From the IMG/VR virus record IMGVR_UViG_3300020036_007076, positions 5,325 to 69,324 of that record: a stretch of 64,000 bases of DNA; one strand, 5' to 3'. The position numbers and the translations under genes were made by a program. This DNA is from a virus (taxonomy: Duplodnaviria > Caudoviricetes). Each line of letters begins with the position of its first letter. The stretch's first letter is position 1. This document shows, piece by piece, positions 9,817 through 17,153 of this stretch. Below the pieces are notes generated by a model. That model ran no database searches. It was not told the DNA's origin and saw nothing but the letters and a program-made list of their open reading frames with translations.

Positions 9817-10152
9817 TGCCCCGTTTTGGGTCAAACGTATAATTACTTTGATGATGGGAAGATTAACCCAAGTCGAAGAATGGAAGTGGTTATAACAGAA
9901 ATTATTCCATTTGCCGAAATAGATTTAGAAACTTTAAATAATTGGAAAGAAGAAGTTGAAGAATGTGATTGGCTTTATGCTAAAGAAACGGATTTTTTTG
10001 TAAAGGCTGATTTGAAAATTTCCGATAATAAGACTGAAAAGATAATTTTTGTAAGAACCATTAATAATAACGATGGCTGGTTTAGTCTTGGATGGTGGGG
10101 AGGTAGATTAGACATAGATGGTTCGTTAAACGCTCTGTTAAATGGGGCATAA
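9763..10152 (+). CDS. cassette 4 gene, hypothetical; start codon lies in the S4 loop
   Basis: MKNVELKNETPTFGNVLL encoded by the hairpin; stop is the TAA of TAAC. Confidence 0.7.
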   Translation: MKNVELKNETPTFGNVLLCPVLGQTYNYFDDGKINPSRRMEVVITEIIPFAEIDLETLNNWKEEVEECDWLYAKETDFFVKADLKISDNKTEKIIFVRTINNNDGWFSLGWWGGRLDIDGSLNALLNGA

Positions 10153-10277
10153 CGTTTCTCGGCTTGTTGTCAGGCGGGGATTTAGAAACACAAAACTTTC
10201 AATTATGATACGAAGATTATTAGAATTACTACACTTGATTAAACCACAGAAGCCCCGCTTGCAACAAACCGATGTTA
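10150..10277 (+). repeat. attC-like site S5
   Basis: TCGGCTTGTTGTCAGGCGGGG ... CCCCGCTTGCAACAAACCGA. Confidence 0.85.
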
Positions 10278-10414
10278 GCGGAAGTGCTTCTCGTAAGCCT
10301 AACCCTTATCAGTTGGTTTGGTATAAGCAAGGTTGGTCGGAAAACAGAGTTAGAAAAAACAACTCAAAATATTGGGAATTTGAAATAGAACACAATGGTC
10401 TGCGGTTGCCATAG
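10205..10414 (+). CDS. cassette 5 gene, hypothetical; start in the S5 loop
   Basis: MIRRLLE...PRLQQTDVSGS; cassette ends GTTAGCGGAAGTGCT and AGCATTTCCGCTAAC. Confidence 0.6.
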   Translation: MIRRLLELLHLIKPQKPRLQQTDVSGSASRKPNPYQLVWYKQGWSENRVRKNNSKYWEFEIEHNGLRLP

Positions 10415-10423
10415 CATTTCCGC

Positions 10424-10549
10424 TAACGGTTTGCAGATTGCCGAAGGTGGGGCATTAAACCACTAAACTTTAATTAAAATACAAAACTTGATAATATGAA
10501 AAATGTTGAATTGAAAAACGAAACCGCCAATGGCACAAAACCCGTGTTA
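10424..10549 (+). repeat. attC-like site S6 (hybrid arms, reciprocal to S4)
   Basis: left arm ATTGCCGAAGGTGGGG; right arm CGCCAATGGCACAAAACCCG. Confidence 0.8.
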
Positions 10550-10765
10550 TCGGCTGGTTGGATTTCTGTAAAAGAGCAATTACCTGAATGTTGGAGTCAA
10601 CACCGAAATGATTATGGAAGTGGTTACGTTCTTGGTTATACTAAATATGGTGAATGGGAAATAACTCAACTTTGGAATAATAAAGATTGGGAAGGTGATG
10701 ATGACAATGAAGGTGATTATATTACTCATTGGATGCCGTTGACCGTTCCACCAACTTGCCGATAA
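10496..10765 (+). CDS. cassette 6 gene, DUF551-like
   Basis: WISVKEQLP...ITHWMPL; start in the S6 loop; stop is the TAA of TAAC. Confidence 0.75.
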   Translation: MKNVELKNETANGTKPVLSAGWISVKEQLPECWSQHRNDYGSGYVLGYTKYGEWEITQLWNNKDWEGDDDNEGDYITHWMPLTVPPTCR

Positions 10766-10891
10766 CGGTACTCAGATATATTTAGGTTTTCTTTTTAATA
10801 TATAAAACAAAAAAATAAACGAAGATGAAACATTTAAAAACACCACAAGAGTTGAACGAAGCATCAGAAAACTTGAATATATCTGATGTTA
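10763..10891 (+). repeat. attC-like site S7
   Basis: TCAGATATATTTAGGTTTTCT ... AGAAAACTTGAATATATCTGA. Confidence 0.85.
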
Positions 10892-11049
10892 GCCACAGTA
10901 TGACTGGTGAAGGTATGAACAGCCTTGAATTTTTTGATATGATTAAAAAGGAATGGTGTGTAAGTGAAGAACAGTATAAGCCATTCTGGAATGATGTGTT
11001 AACATTTGCTCGAAAGTATCACAAAGAACGTAAGGAATATTGTGGCTAA
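10825..11049 (+). CDS. cassette 7 gene, hypothetical; start in the S7 loop
   Basis: cassette ends GTTAGCCACAGTAT and ATATTGTGGCTAAC. Confidence 0.65.
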   Translation: MKHLKTPQELNEASENLNISDVSHSMTGEGMNSLEFFDMIKKEWCVSEEQYKPFWNDVLTFARKYHKERKEYCG

Positions 11050-11066
11050 CGGCCAATACTGTGTTA
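11047..11066 (+). repeat. attC-like site S8 (internally deleted)
   Basis: TAAC ggccaatactgt GTTA; no hairpin remains. Confidence 0.7.
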
Positions 11067-11111
11067 TAGGTAGTTGTTTTAAAAATTAGCGTTGGCATTA
11101 AAAATATAAAT

Positions 11112-11390
11112 ATGAAATCAGCAGAAGAAATTTTGAAGCCGTATGTTGAAACACCATTCAGGCATACGCAAATAGTTGAAAAAGACAATGCGTTGTTAGC
11201 AATGCAAAAGTTTGCAGACCAATTTAGAGGCGTTGAATGGATTGCGGTTAAAGACCAAAAACCAGCAGATTATGACAGAGTGTTATATTTTGATAGCAGA
11301 GATGGAAATATGAACGTAGGATATTTTGTTTGGTCGCAAACGCCTGTAGATTATGTAACGCATTGGATGAAATTACCTGCTAAACCTTAA
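11112..11390 (+). CDS. cassette 8 gene, DUF551-like C-terminal domain
   Basis: WIAVKDQKP...VTHWMKLP; cassette ends GTTATAGGTAGTTGTTT and AAACAATTACCTATAAC. Confidence 0.75.
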   Translation: MKSAEEILKPYVETPFRHTQIVEKDNALLAMQKFADQFRGVEWIAVKDQKPADYDRVLYFDSRDGNMNVGYFVWSQTPVDYVTHWMKLPAKP

Positions 11391-11423
11391 CTGTGCGGTG
11401 GGAATTTTTGAAACAATTACCTA

Positions 11424-11508
11424 TAACGGTTGCAAATATACAACGTTTTTTGTTAAAAATTCTAAATAAATTTGGTAGTCTGATAAAAATATTTTATATT
11501 TACTGTTA
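11424..11508 (+). repeat. attC-like site S9
   Basis: GCAAATATACAACGTTTTT ... AAAAATATTTTATATTTAC; weaker stem. Confidence 0.7.
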
Positions 11509-11524
11509 GCAAATCGTAAAAATT

Positions 11525-11671
11525 ATGAAAACTTACAAAGTATTATTTTGGTGGGGAAAAGTTAGAAGACAAGAATATGTAGATGCAGAAAAATTAGATG
11601 ATGCACTAAAGTTATTCAGACAAGGAAAATATGGTGATTATGATGTTATTAGCATAGTAGAAAGCGAATAA
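11525..11671 (+). CDS. cassette 9 gene, 48 aa hypothetical; not in ORF track
   Basis: MKTYKVLFWWGKVRRQEY...IVESE*; flanked by GTTAGCAAATCGTAAAAATTAT and ATAATTTTTATGTTTGCTAAC. Confidence 0.65.
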   Translation: MKTYKVLFWWGKVRRQEYVDAEKLDDALKLFRQGKYGDYDVISIVESE

Positions 11672-11684
11672 TTTTTATGTTTGC

Positions 11685-11811
11685 TAACGTAACGCAAGTA
11701 TAAGAAGTTGGGGACTTGAAAAAGTTGGCGTGGGTTCATCGAATCGGGTCAGTTATAGAAGCCGAAGTTCTCAATAGACTCATAACCCCCAATTTCTCAT
11801 ACTTGATGTTA
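11685..11811 (+). repeat. attC-like site S10
   Basis: CAAGTATAAGAAGTTGGGG ... CCCCAATTTCTCATACTTG. Confidence 0.85.
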
Positions 11812-11836
11812 TGTAATCGTTTTAATGTTACATAAC
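11808..11836 (+). mobile_element. gene-less cassette 10
   Basis: GTTATGTAAT cgttttaat GTTACATAAC. Confidence 0.7.
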
Positions 11837-11959
11837 GTTTTGCAGCTAAACGAGGTGGCTGATTAATACCTCGAAACTTAATTTAAATGTATAAAATTAT
11901 GAGTAAAGATAAAACTTCATTAGAAAACGAAAGCCAGCCATCTTGTTTAGGTGCTGTTA
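11833..11959 (+). repeat. attC-like site S11
   Basis: GCAGCTAAACGAGGTGGCTG ... CAGCCATCTTGTTTAGGTGC. Confidence 0.85.
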
Positions 11960-12102
11960 TAAACAGTATTTCTGATGATGGGTTAATTAAACTGTATAGG
12001 TTAGCTTATAATGATGGATTTGATAATGTTGGGGATAAGAAAGATATTATAAAACATAGACAAAAACAGATAGACAAAATTAAGAAGAAATATTGTTTAT
12101 AA
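11887..12102 (+). CDS. cassette 11 gene, hypothetical; start in the S11 loop (11887 or 11899)
   Basis: cassette ends GTTATAAACAGTATTTCT and AGAAATATTGTTTATAA. Confidence 0.65.
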   Translation: MYKIMSKDKTSLENESQPSCLGAVINSISDDGLIKLYRLAYNDGFDNVGDKKDIIKHRQKQIDKIKKKYCL

Positions 12103-12227
12103 AACACAAATGAGTTCTCAGCTTGACCCTACTCTTATGAATGTCAGCAGTAAACTTTTAGGAGTAATTACTCCATATAGTAACAGGTGCCTGATGGATC
12201 CCTGATAAGAAAGAGGGTGCTAAAAAT
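12103..12227 (+). ncRNA. putative structured RNA motif, copy A
   Basis: AACACAAATGAGTTCTCAGC..TGACCCTACTCTTAT..ATAAGAAAGAGGGTGCTAAAAAT, shared with 14984..15123. Confidence 0.55.
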
Positions 12228-12297
12228 TAAGTTAATTTATTAGGATTACAAAATATTAAAGTGTATATTTATTCTATAAATTTAAAATCACAAACAC

Positions 12298-13125
12298 ATG
12301 TCTGTAATTAAATTAGCACTTGAAAAACAAAGAGAAGAACTAATTGAGAAATTAGATATTGCTCAATCATCACTTAATGAACAAATTAATAAAGAAACAC
12401 ATTTATTATTTGATTCGATTGATGATGTGTTTAAAGATTCTAGAATTACTGTCTCTGACTGTAAAATTGAATTTTTTATGGATAGTTCCTCAGGAAAATG
12501 GAGTGGTCACTTCAGTATTGAAAGAAGAAATACCTATAGTTTTAAAGAAAACGCTATAAAATATCATCCCGCTATACTCAATTATAGTTCATGCTCTTCT
12601 CCTGATGAGTTTGAGTTAAAAGGAATGATTGGGAAAGGTAAAATTGCATTCCACCAACTAAATAAAACCAAAACTTGGGATGAAATGGTTGGATTAATGG
12701 ATAAATATGAACAATTGAAAGAGGAATTAATAAAACCTATTAGTGATGTAATTTACGAAATAAGAAATGAATTAGATCTTATCAAACGAAATGAAGAAAC
12801 TGAAAGAATTGAAGCATTAATCAAACAAAAAACAGTCAAATTAGCCAAAAACTATACTTTACAATTAAGTAATAGTAGATATGATAATATCAATTCAAAT
12901 GAATTCTTTTGGGAAGAAAATCCATCAGGTAAAACATACTCCATTTCATACACACATAAAACAAGAGTAAACCCATACTATGATGAAAATGGGGAAAAAT
13001 TGGAAGGTGAATATAAAGATGAAGTAATTAAACTAAATAAACGATTTAAAAAATCTGAAATCTATTATTTGGTTGGTGTTAAAATTAGAGAAGAAAATAA
13101 CCAATTAAACGAAAAAGAATTATAA
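12298..13125 (+). CDS. hypothetical protein
   Basis: 275 aa ORF after promoter repeat. Confidence 0.75.
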   Translation: MSVIKLALEKQREELIEKLDIAQSSLNEQINKETHLLFDSIDDVFKDSRITVSDCKIEFFMDSSSGKWSGHFSIERRNTYSFKENAIKYHPAILNYSSCSSPDEFELKGMIGKGKIAFHQLNKTKTWDEMVGLMDKYEQLKEELIKPISDVIYEIRNELDLIKRNEETERIEALIKQKTVKLAKNYTLQLSNSRYDNINSNEFFWEENPSGKTYSISYTHKTRVNPYYDENGEKLEGEYKDEVIKLNKRFKKSEIYYLVGVKIREENNQLNEKEL

Positions 13126-13127
13126 TC

Positions 13128-13427
13128 ATGGAAGTTATATCAATATCTGGAATATTATTAATATGTTTGGGAGTTATATTATTTATGCTTGGAATATTTT
13201 TACTATTTGAAGAACCATTTCCTGCCTTATTACCAGTAATTCCTTTAATAGTTGGATTTGGATTAATTTTTGGTGGAATTAAATTATTATCCCAACAATC
13301 ATCAAACCCACCTTACCGTTTCAAAACAATTCCAGTCCATAAAACAATAGATACATTATATAATAGTGTAGAAACTAAAGGAGATACAATTACAATTACA
13401 ACAAAACTCCTTAAATTAAAAGATTAG
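13128..13427 (+). CDS. membrane protein
   Basis: two N-terminal TM segments. Confidence 0.65.
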   Translation: MEVISISGILLICLGVILFMLGIFLLFEEPFPALLPVIPLIVGFGLIFGGIKLLSQQSSNPPYRFKTIPVHKTIDTLYNSVETKGDTITITTKLLKLKD

Positions 13428-13472
13428 GATTACATATTAAATAAGTGTATATTTATTTCAAATAAAAAGGTT

Positions 13473-13667
13473 ATGATGTCTGAAATAGCAAAATGTATAA
13501 TTTCTGCAATTCAAGAAGAACAAATACAGTCTAAATATATATTAGAATCGTTGGAAGAAGAATATTCTAATTTAAAAAATTTACCCCGTAAATTAAAAAA
13601 ACGTGAGAAAAAACGTATTATAAAAGATATGTATCATGCAAATTTAGTTAAAGATATATTTACTTAA
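13473..13667 (+). CDS. hypothetical protein
   Basis: promoter repeat and AAAGGTTATG leader. Confidence 0.6.
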   Translation: MMSEIAKCIISAIQEEQIQSKYILESLEEEYSNLKNLPRKLKKREKKRIIKDMYHANLVKDIFT

Positions 13668-13686
13668 TTTAAATAAAGGTTATAAA

Positions 13687-14073
13687 ATGAAAATCATACT
13701 TACACCCCAAGAATCAGAAGAATACTTCTACAACGCATTATGTAATGGATTGATGTATATTAATCAATACGGTATTGAAGTTATTGTTGATGAAAAAGCT
13801 TATAAAAAAGCCAAAAACACATTAAAGAAAAATAATAAAAATTGTTGTTATGAAGATGTATTGATGGAAGTGTTAAAACAAGGTGATAAACTTAACTTCT
13901 GTGAAACTGAAGAAATGAAGGATAATTATATAACATTGGATTTGGTTCATCAACGAGTAGAAAAAACAGAAGTAAGACATTTAATGGCTATGTTTGAAGA
14001 AGATGATGATGCTGATACAGCAGATTGTATTATTCAATCAGTGTTGTTTGATGGGGAAATTATTTATGGTTAA
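13687..14073 (+). CDS. hypothetical protein
   Basis: ORF. Confidence 0.7.
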   Translation: MKIILTPQESEEYFYNALCNGLMYINQYGIEVIVDEKAYKKAKNTLKKNNKNCCYEDVLMEVLKQGDKLNFCETEEMKDNYITLDLVHQRVEKTEVRHLMAMFEEDDDADTADCIIQSVLFDGEIIYG

Positions 14074-14091
14074 TATTTAAATAAATATATT

Positions 14092-14328
14092 ATGGTATCA
14101 ACAATTTTAATTACAAATATTCAAAATATAAATTTTGATCAAATGCAAGTCATTGATAATTCAAAAGTATTAGAAGAGAAATATGATTCACACATGGATG
14201 TTTTATTATTTGAGAATAAAAATAATAGGGAAAGAAGAAGATCTAATTTAATGAATGTTTCATTATATGATGATTTAATCATAAAAGATGATGGGAAATA
14301 TGTAATTTTACGAATGCTTTCTAAATAA
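14092..14328 (+). CDS. hypothetical protein
   Basis: ORF. Confidence 0.55.
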   Translation: MVSTILITNIQNINFDQMQVIDNSKVLEEKYDSHMDVLLFENKNNRERRRSNLMNVSLYDDLIIKDDGKYVILRMLSK

Positions 14329-14334
14329 TATAAA

Positions 14335-14631
14335 ATGAAAAGTAACTTTGAATTTCTAAAACCTAATACCATGAAAGAATTGGGTTTTGATTGTGTTAAG
14401 GATAAAAATGATGGTTATTTCGAATATAGAAATGACGGAACTAAACATTATAATAAAGATTATAACAAAACATTCCCTGAACCAAAAGGTAAAGTGATTA
14501 TTTATGTTAATTTTACCTATGGTGAAACACCATTTATCGGAATAACTCAAGATGGGGATACAAGAATTGTATATAATGGAGTGTGTAGTTCCAAAGAGTT
14601 TTTTATTGATTTAATAAACAACGTTAGATAA
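14335..14631 (+). CDS. hypothetical protein
   Basis: ORF. Confidence 0.65.
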   Translation: MKSNFEFLKPNTMKELGFDCVKDKNDGYFEYRNDGTKHYNKDYNKTFPEPKGKVIIYVNFTYGETPFIGITQDGDTRIVYNGVCSSKEFFIDLINNVR

Positions 14632-14699
14632 TTTACTAGGATTACAAGTTAGTATAGTGTATATTTATAATATAAGATTAAAAAATAATAGGTTCTTTG

Positions 14700-14983
14700 A
14701 AAATATTGATCGCAACGTTTGAGGACGCCTCCTTCTCCTCAGAAGTAAAGAAAGATAAAACTGGTCTAGTTGCGATCATTCTTAAATAGGTTAAACATTG
14801 AATACCTTTGTAAATACCTAATTAGCCGACCTGGTGTTGGCTTCTAATGGGTGGATAAGTTTTACATAAAGATACCATCTCCTGAATCGACAGGGAACTG
14901 GCTTAACCGCCAGTGAAGTAATTCTGTGATGTGTTGTTCCCTTGAGAAAGGAATAGTGAGTGAATAGAATACGCAGTTTCTAC
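14700..14983 (+). ncRNA. putative structured ncRNA(s) behind a dedicated promoter
   Basis: no + strand ORF; helices GATCGCAAC/GTTGCGATC, AGCCGAC/GTTGGCT, ACTGGC/GCCAGT. Confidence 0.45.
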
Positions 14984-15123
14984 AACACAAATGAGTTCTC
15001 AGCAAAGTAGTTAATAGGACGGAATGGTCTGATGCTGGAATGAGCAATTAACTACATGACCCTACTCTTATATGTAATGTGAAGCATGAGTTTCTGAAGT
15101 ATAAGAAAGAGGGTGCTAAAAAT
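14984..15123 (+). ncRNA. putative structured RNA motif, copy B
   Basis: same three conserved blocks as copy A, with an extra inserted hairpin GTAGTTAAT/ATTAACTAC. Confidence 0.55.
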
Positions 15124-15361
15124 AATAAAAAACAAACACAACATGACTATTTTCGCTAAATTATTAGTAACAACTGCTATTTCATTTTTTATTACTTGGA
15201 TATTTGCATTTCCAACCACATCATTTACAAAACGAGGTATTAAAAAATTTGGTAGTTATGATAATTTTCTATACGTTATCGGTTTAATCCATGTTGTAAT
15301 AGCTTTATTAATAATATTATTAATGATATGGATTTAACAACACCTAAATATAATAAAACAT

Positions 15362-15631
15362 ATGGCTAGAATTCAAATCAAATCAATATTCGAACAAATT
15401 GCTGAAAAAGTATTTGTTATGACTGATGTAAATAAAGCTAAATAATTCATAACTGAATTTGTTAAAGAAAAAGAAATTAATGATTTGGATAAACAAACCA
15501 TTATTAAAAATGTTGATGAATGTAAAAACATTACAAGATTACACCAATACATCTGTAATTCATTGTTGAAATATGAAAATCTTTCAGTTAATACTAAAAA
15601 GACTGAAAAGAAAGAACAAGTAGAAGAATAG
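15362..15631 (+). pseudogene. ORF interrupted by an in-frame TAA at 15443
   Basis: MARIQIKS...NKAK*FITEF...EQVEE*; frame continues 61 codons after the stop. Confidence 0.55.
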
Positions 15632-15685
15632 GACTACAAAATCTACAAACATATATTTATTTTATAAATTTAAAACTTAAATATT

Positions 15686-16060
15686 ATGTTAAGATTTGAA
15701 AATAAAGATGGAATTGGTCCTTTCAGAGGTGGTTTCCCACGTAATATATTATCTGATGAGGTTAATAAAGAATTAAATTCATTTCTACACAACCATTATA
15801 ATTTTCCTACACCATGGATGGAAGAATTAGTGATGAGTGAATTAAGTACTGGAACACAATGGTTTTGTGCTTATATTAATGAAGAATTATTAAAACGATT
15901 CTGTACATTAAATCAATTCAAAGCATTACTTGAAGCAGGTTACAAATTATATAAAATCGAAGCATCCCAAGTTCAATGGGGTTCATATCAAAATATTTTC
16001 ACTAAAGAATCCTTAACAAATAAAACAGATATTACTGAAGAATTTCTGTTGAATTATTAG
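15686..16060 (+). CDS. hypothetical protein
   Basis: ORF between promoter repeats. Confidence 0.7.
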   Translation: MLRFENKDGIGPFRGGFPRNILSDEVNKELNSFLHNHYNFPTPWMEELVMSELSTGTQWFCAYINEELLKRFCTLNQFKALLEAGYKLYKIEASQVQWGSYQNIFTKESLTNKTDITEEFLLNY

Positions 16061-16103
16061 GATTACAAGTTAAATTAACATATATTTAATTTAAATAAAG
16101 GTT

Positions 16104-16406
16104 ATGAAAAAGAAACTAACAGAAAGAGAATTAGCTAAACAAGTTATCACAAAATTAGAAACTGATAAATATAGTGGGATTTGTGTTATTTTATTGATTA
16201 TGGTTGATGATTGGGGTGGTGATTATTTAGAAAGACACCTTCCTAAACTCTACAAACACCTTTCAAAACGAAGAAATTTTCATTATAAAAATGAAAATGA
16301 TTGTATTGGGAGAAAAATGGGGATTGGTGAACATTATTATTTATGGAAACCATATAACTCATCTCCACGCATCAAAATCTTAAAACAAGTTTATAAAATT
16401 AAATAA
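16104..16406 (+). CDS. paralog family member 1 (LPKLYKHLS...WKPY...PRI)
   Basis: motifs shared with 16409, 17150, 17969. Confidence 0.75.
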   Translation: MKKKLTERELAKQVITKLETDKYSGICVILLIMVDDWGGDYLERHLPKLYKHLSKRRNFHYKNENDCIGRKMGIGEHYYLWKPYNSSPRIKILKQVYKIK

Positions 16407-16408
16407 AT

Positions 16409-16693
16409 ATGACTGAAAGAGAATTAGCCAAACAAGTTATTAAAGAATTAGAAACCTCCCCTTTCCATCCAGGTATATGTAGTGCTTTAGGAGATATTAC
16501 TAATTCATCAAATTTAAGTACAAAATTACCTAAACTTTACAAACATTTATCTCAAAGAAGAAATTATTATTATAATGTATTTGATAGATTTTTAGGGAGA
16601 AAAAAAGGATATTATTCAATGTATTACTTGTGGAAACCTTATAATCACAAACCTAGAATAGCGATTTTGAAAAAAATATATAATATTAAATAA
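16409..16693 (+). CDS. paralog family member 2
   Basis: shared motifs. Confidence 0.75.
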   Translation: MTERELAKQVIKELETSPFHPGICSALGDITNSSNLSTKLPKLYKHLSQRRNYYYNVFDRFLGRKKGYYSMYYLWKPYNHKPRIAILKKIYNIK

Positions 16694-16705
16694 ATCCAAC
16701 ACATC

Positions 16706-16921
16706 ATGGCTAAAAGTAAAATTATGATGAAAACCAAAACCACAGAACAATGGTGGGAAGAATGGGAAAAAATTAAACAAGAAGTAATCACTGATGGTGA
16801 TTATGATTTGGATGAGGAAGATGAGTTTTATGATGAAGAAGATGAAGATGAAGTTAATCGTGAAACAGATTTTCTATTTGAAGAAAAATTTGGATTTGAA
16901 ATTCTTGATCTATACGAATAG
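16706..16921 (+). CDS. small acidic protein
   Basis: D/E-rich centre. Confidence 0.65.
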   Translation: MAKSKIMMKTKTTEQWWEEWEKIKQEVITDGDYDLDEEDEFYDEEDEDEVNRETDFLFEEKFGFEILDLYE

Positions 16922-16955
16922 GATTACATAATTTTTTAACATATATTTAAATAAA

Positions 16956-17153
16956 ATGAAAAATATGAAAATACTAATGTATAATATTGTTACAGGTGAT
17001 ATATTAATCACCCAAGCAAAACATGAAGGTAGAGTCTATCAGAGTTATTTAAATAAAGGTTATACAGCTATTGGAAAGATTAGTGGATTTAATATAGTTG
17101 TTGGGAAATTAATCAATAATGAAAATATAAATTTAAACAAATCTCTAAAATGA
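16956..17153 (+). CDS. hypothetical protein
   Basis: follows promoter repeat. Confidence 0.55.
   Translation: MKNMKILMYNIVTGDILITQAKHEGRVYQSYLNKGYTAIGKISGFNIVVGKLINNENINLNKSLK

Larger units (their letters stand above)
8248..12105 (+). mobile_element. Array of 11 integron-like gene cassettes with attC-like hairpins; no integrase in window
   Basis: 11 TAAC-[imperfect hairpin]-GTTA sites. Each cassette begins GTTA-x and ends x'-TAAC, with about 8-20 nt of cassette-specific complementarity. Confidence 0.85.

Noticed and set aside
8248-12105. CRISPR array or REP/BIME interpretation of the hairpins
   Set aside because: The units are not identical repeats with constant-length spacers. The intervals are whole genes with cassette-specific complementary ends.
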